DNA of 54,500 nucleotides from an uncultured Chloroflexota bacterium (GTDB lineage Bacteria; Chloroflexota; Dehalococcoidia; UBA2979): NCBI GenBank assembly GCA_903917615.1, contig CAIXBH010000093.1, positions 1 to 54,500 of the forward strand, read 5' to 3'. Shown piece by piece: positions 54,446 to 54,500 of this stretch (position 1 is its first letter; each line of letters starts with the position of its first letter). The notes under the pieces were generated by a model. It saw only the letters and a program-made list of their open reading frames with translations, ran no database searches and was not told where the DNA came from. The position numbers and the translations under genes were made by a program.

Positions 54446-54490
54446 TTCCCAAGCAGAGGGTCGCCGGTTCGAATCCGGTCTCCCGCTCCA
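54446..54490 (+). repeat. att copy 3 (attR of element 2)
   Basis: Exact 45-bp copy of the tRNA-Gly 3' end. The window ends 10 nt later. Confidence 0.9.
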
Positions 54491-54500
54491 TCCTCGGATA

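Larger units (their letters stand above)
52637..54490 (+). mobile_element. Integrative element 2 (~1.8 kb): integrase plus hicAB only
   Basis: Bounded by att copies 2 and 3. Contains a paralogous integrase. Confidence 0.75.

Noticed and set aside
1-54500. CRISPR arrays, rRNA genes, riboswitches, IS elements with terminal inverted repeats.
   Set aside because: I saw no regularly spaced short repeats, rRNA-like sequence, recognisable riboswitch core or transposase ORF. The only repeats found are the att copies, the rep-3' relic and the paralogous genes described above.

Overview
Very GC-rich bacterial window with strong GGAGG-type ribosome-binding sites. The phylum cannot be fixed from sequence alone; Actinomycetota or Chloroflexota/Thermomicrobia-like is plausible. 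There are four blocks. (1) 1-4.7 kb holds a non-metabolic locus: a 5'-truncated Pro/Ala-rich membrane protein, then a translationally coupled pair. The first of the pair is an ~880-aa zinc-ribbon polytopic membrane protein with an Ig-like module, a PAAR-like Cys/His module, a coiled coil and a Lys-rich lower-GC C-terminus. The second is a 338-aa partner ending in the same kind of zinc ribbon. This is my best candidate for an undescribed system (membrane-anchored PAAR-like effector plus immunity/chaperone). (2) 4.8-47.4 kb is a large catabolic island. It encodes a Mo-hydroxylase (L-S-M-CoxG order) plus an Ldh2-type dehydrogenase, six family-III CoA-transferase domains (two genes are tandem fusions), two thiolase-like proteins (one with a DUF35 partner) and two MmgE/PrpD paralogs (one with a compensated double frameshift). 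It also has cyclase and amidohydrolase_2 genes, a secreted alpha/beta hydrolase, a BVMO-LLM-GMC oxidative trio, and three family-5 ABC importers that all lack ATPase genes. I recognised no regulator and no acyl-CoA ligase in the island. (3) 36.1-39.5 kb, embedded in the island, is a compositionally odd three-gene operon: a CxxCxxCC/YkgJ-like protein, a Lys-rich/Gly-Ala-Thr-rich membrane protein with a Cys-containing Ig-like ectodomain, and a MauE-thioredoxin fusion with a CPFS motif. (4) 47.6-54.5 kb is tRNA-Gly(CCC) followed by two tandem integrative elements delimited by three identical 45-bp att copies. Element 1 carries an integrase and a Rep_trans initiator. Element 2 carries only an integrase plus hicAB. 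All function calls come from motif recognition by eye; no searches were run.
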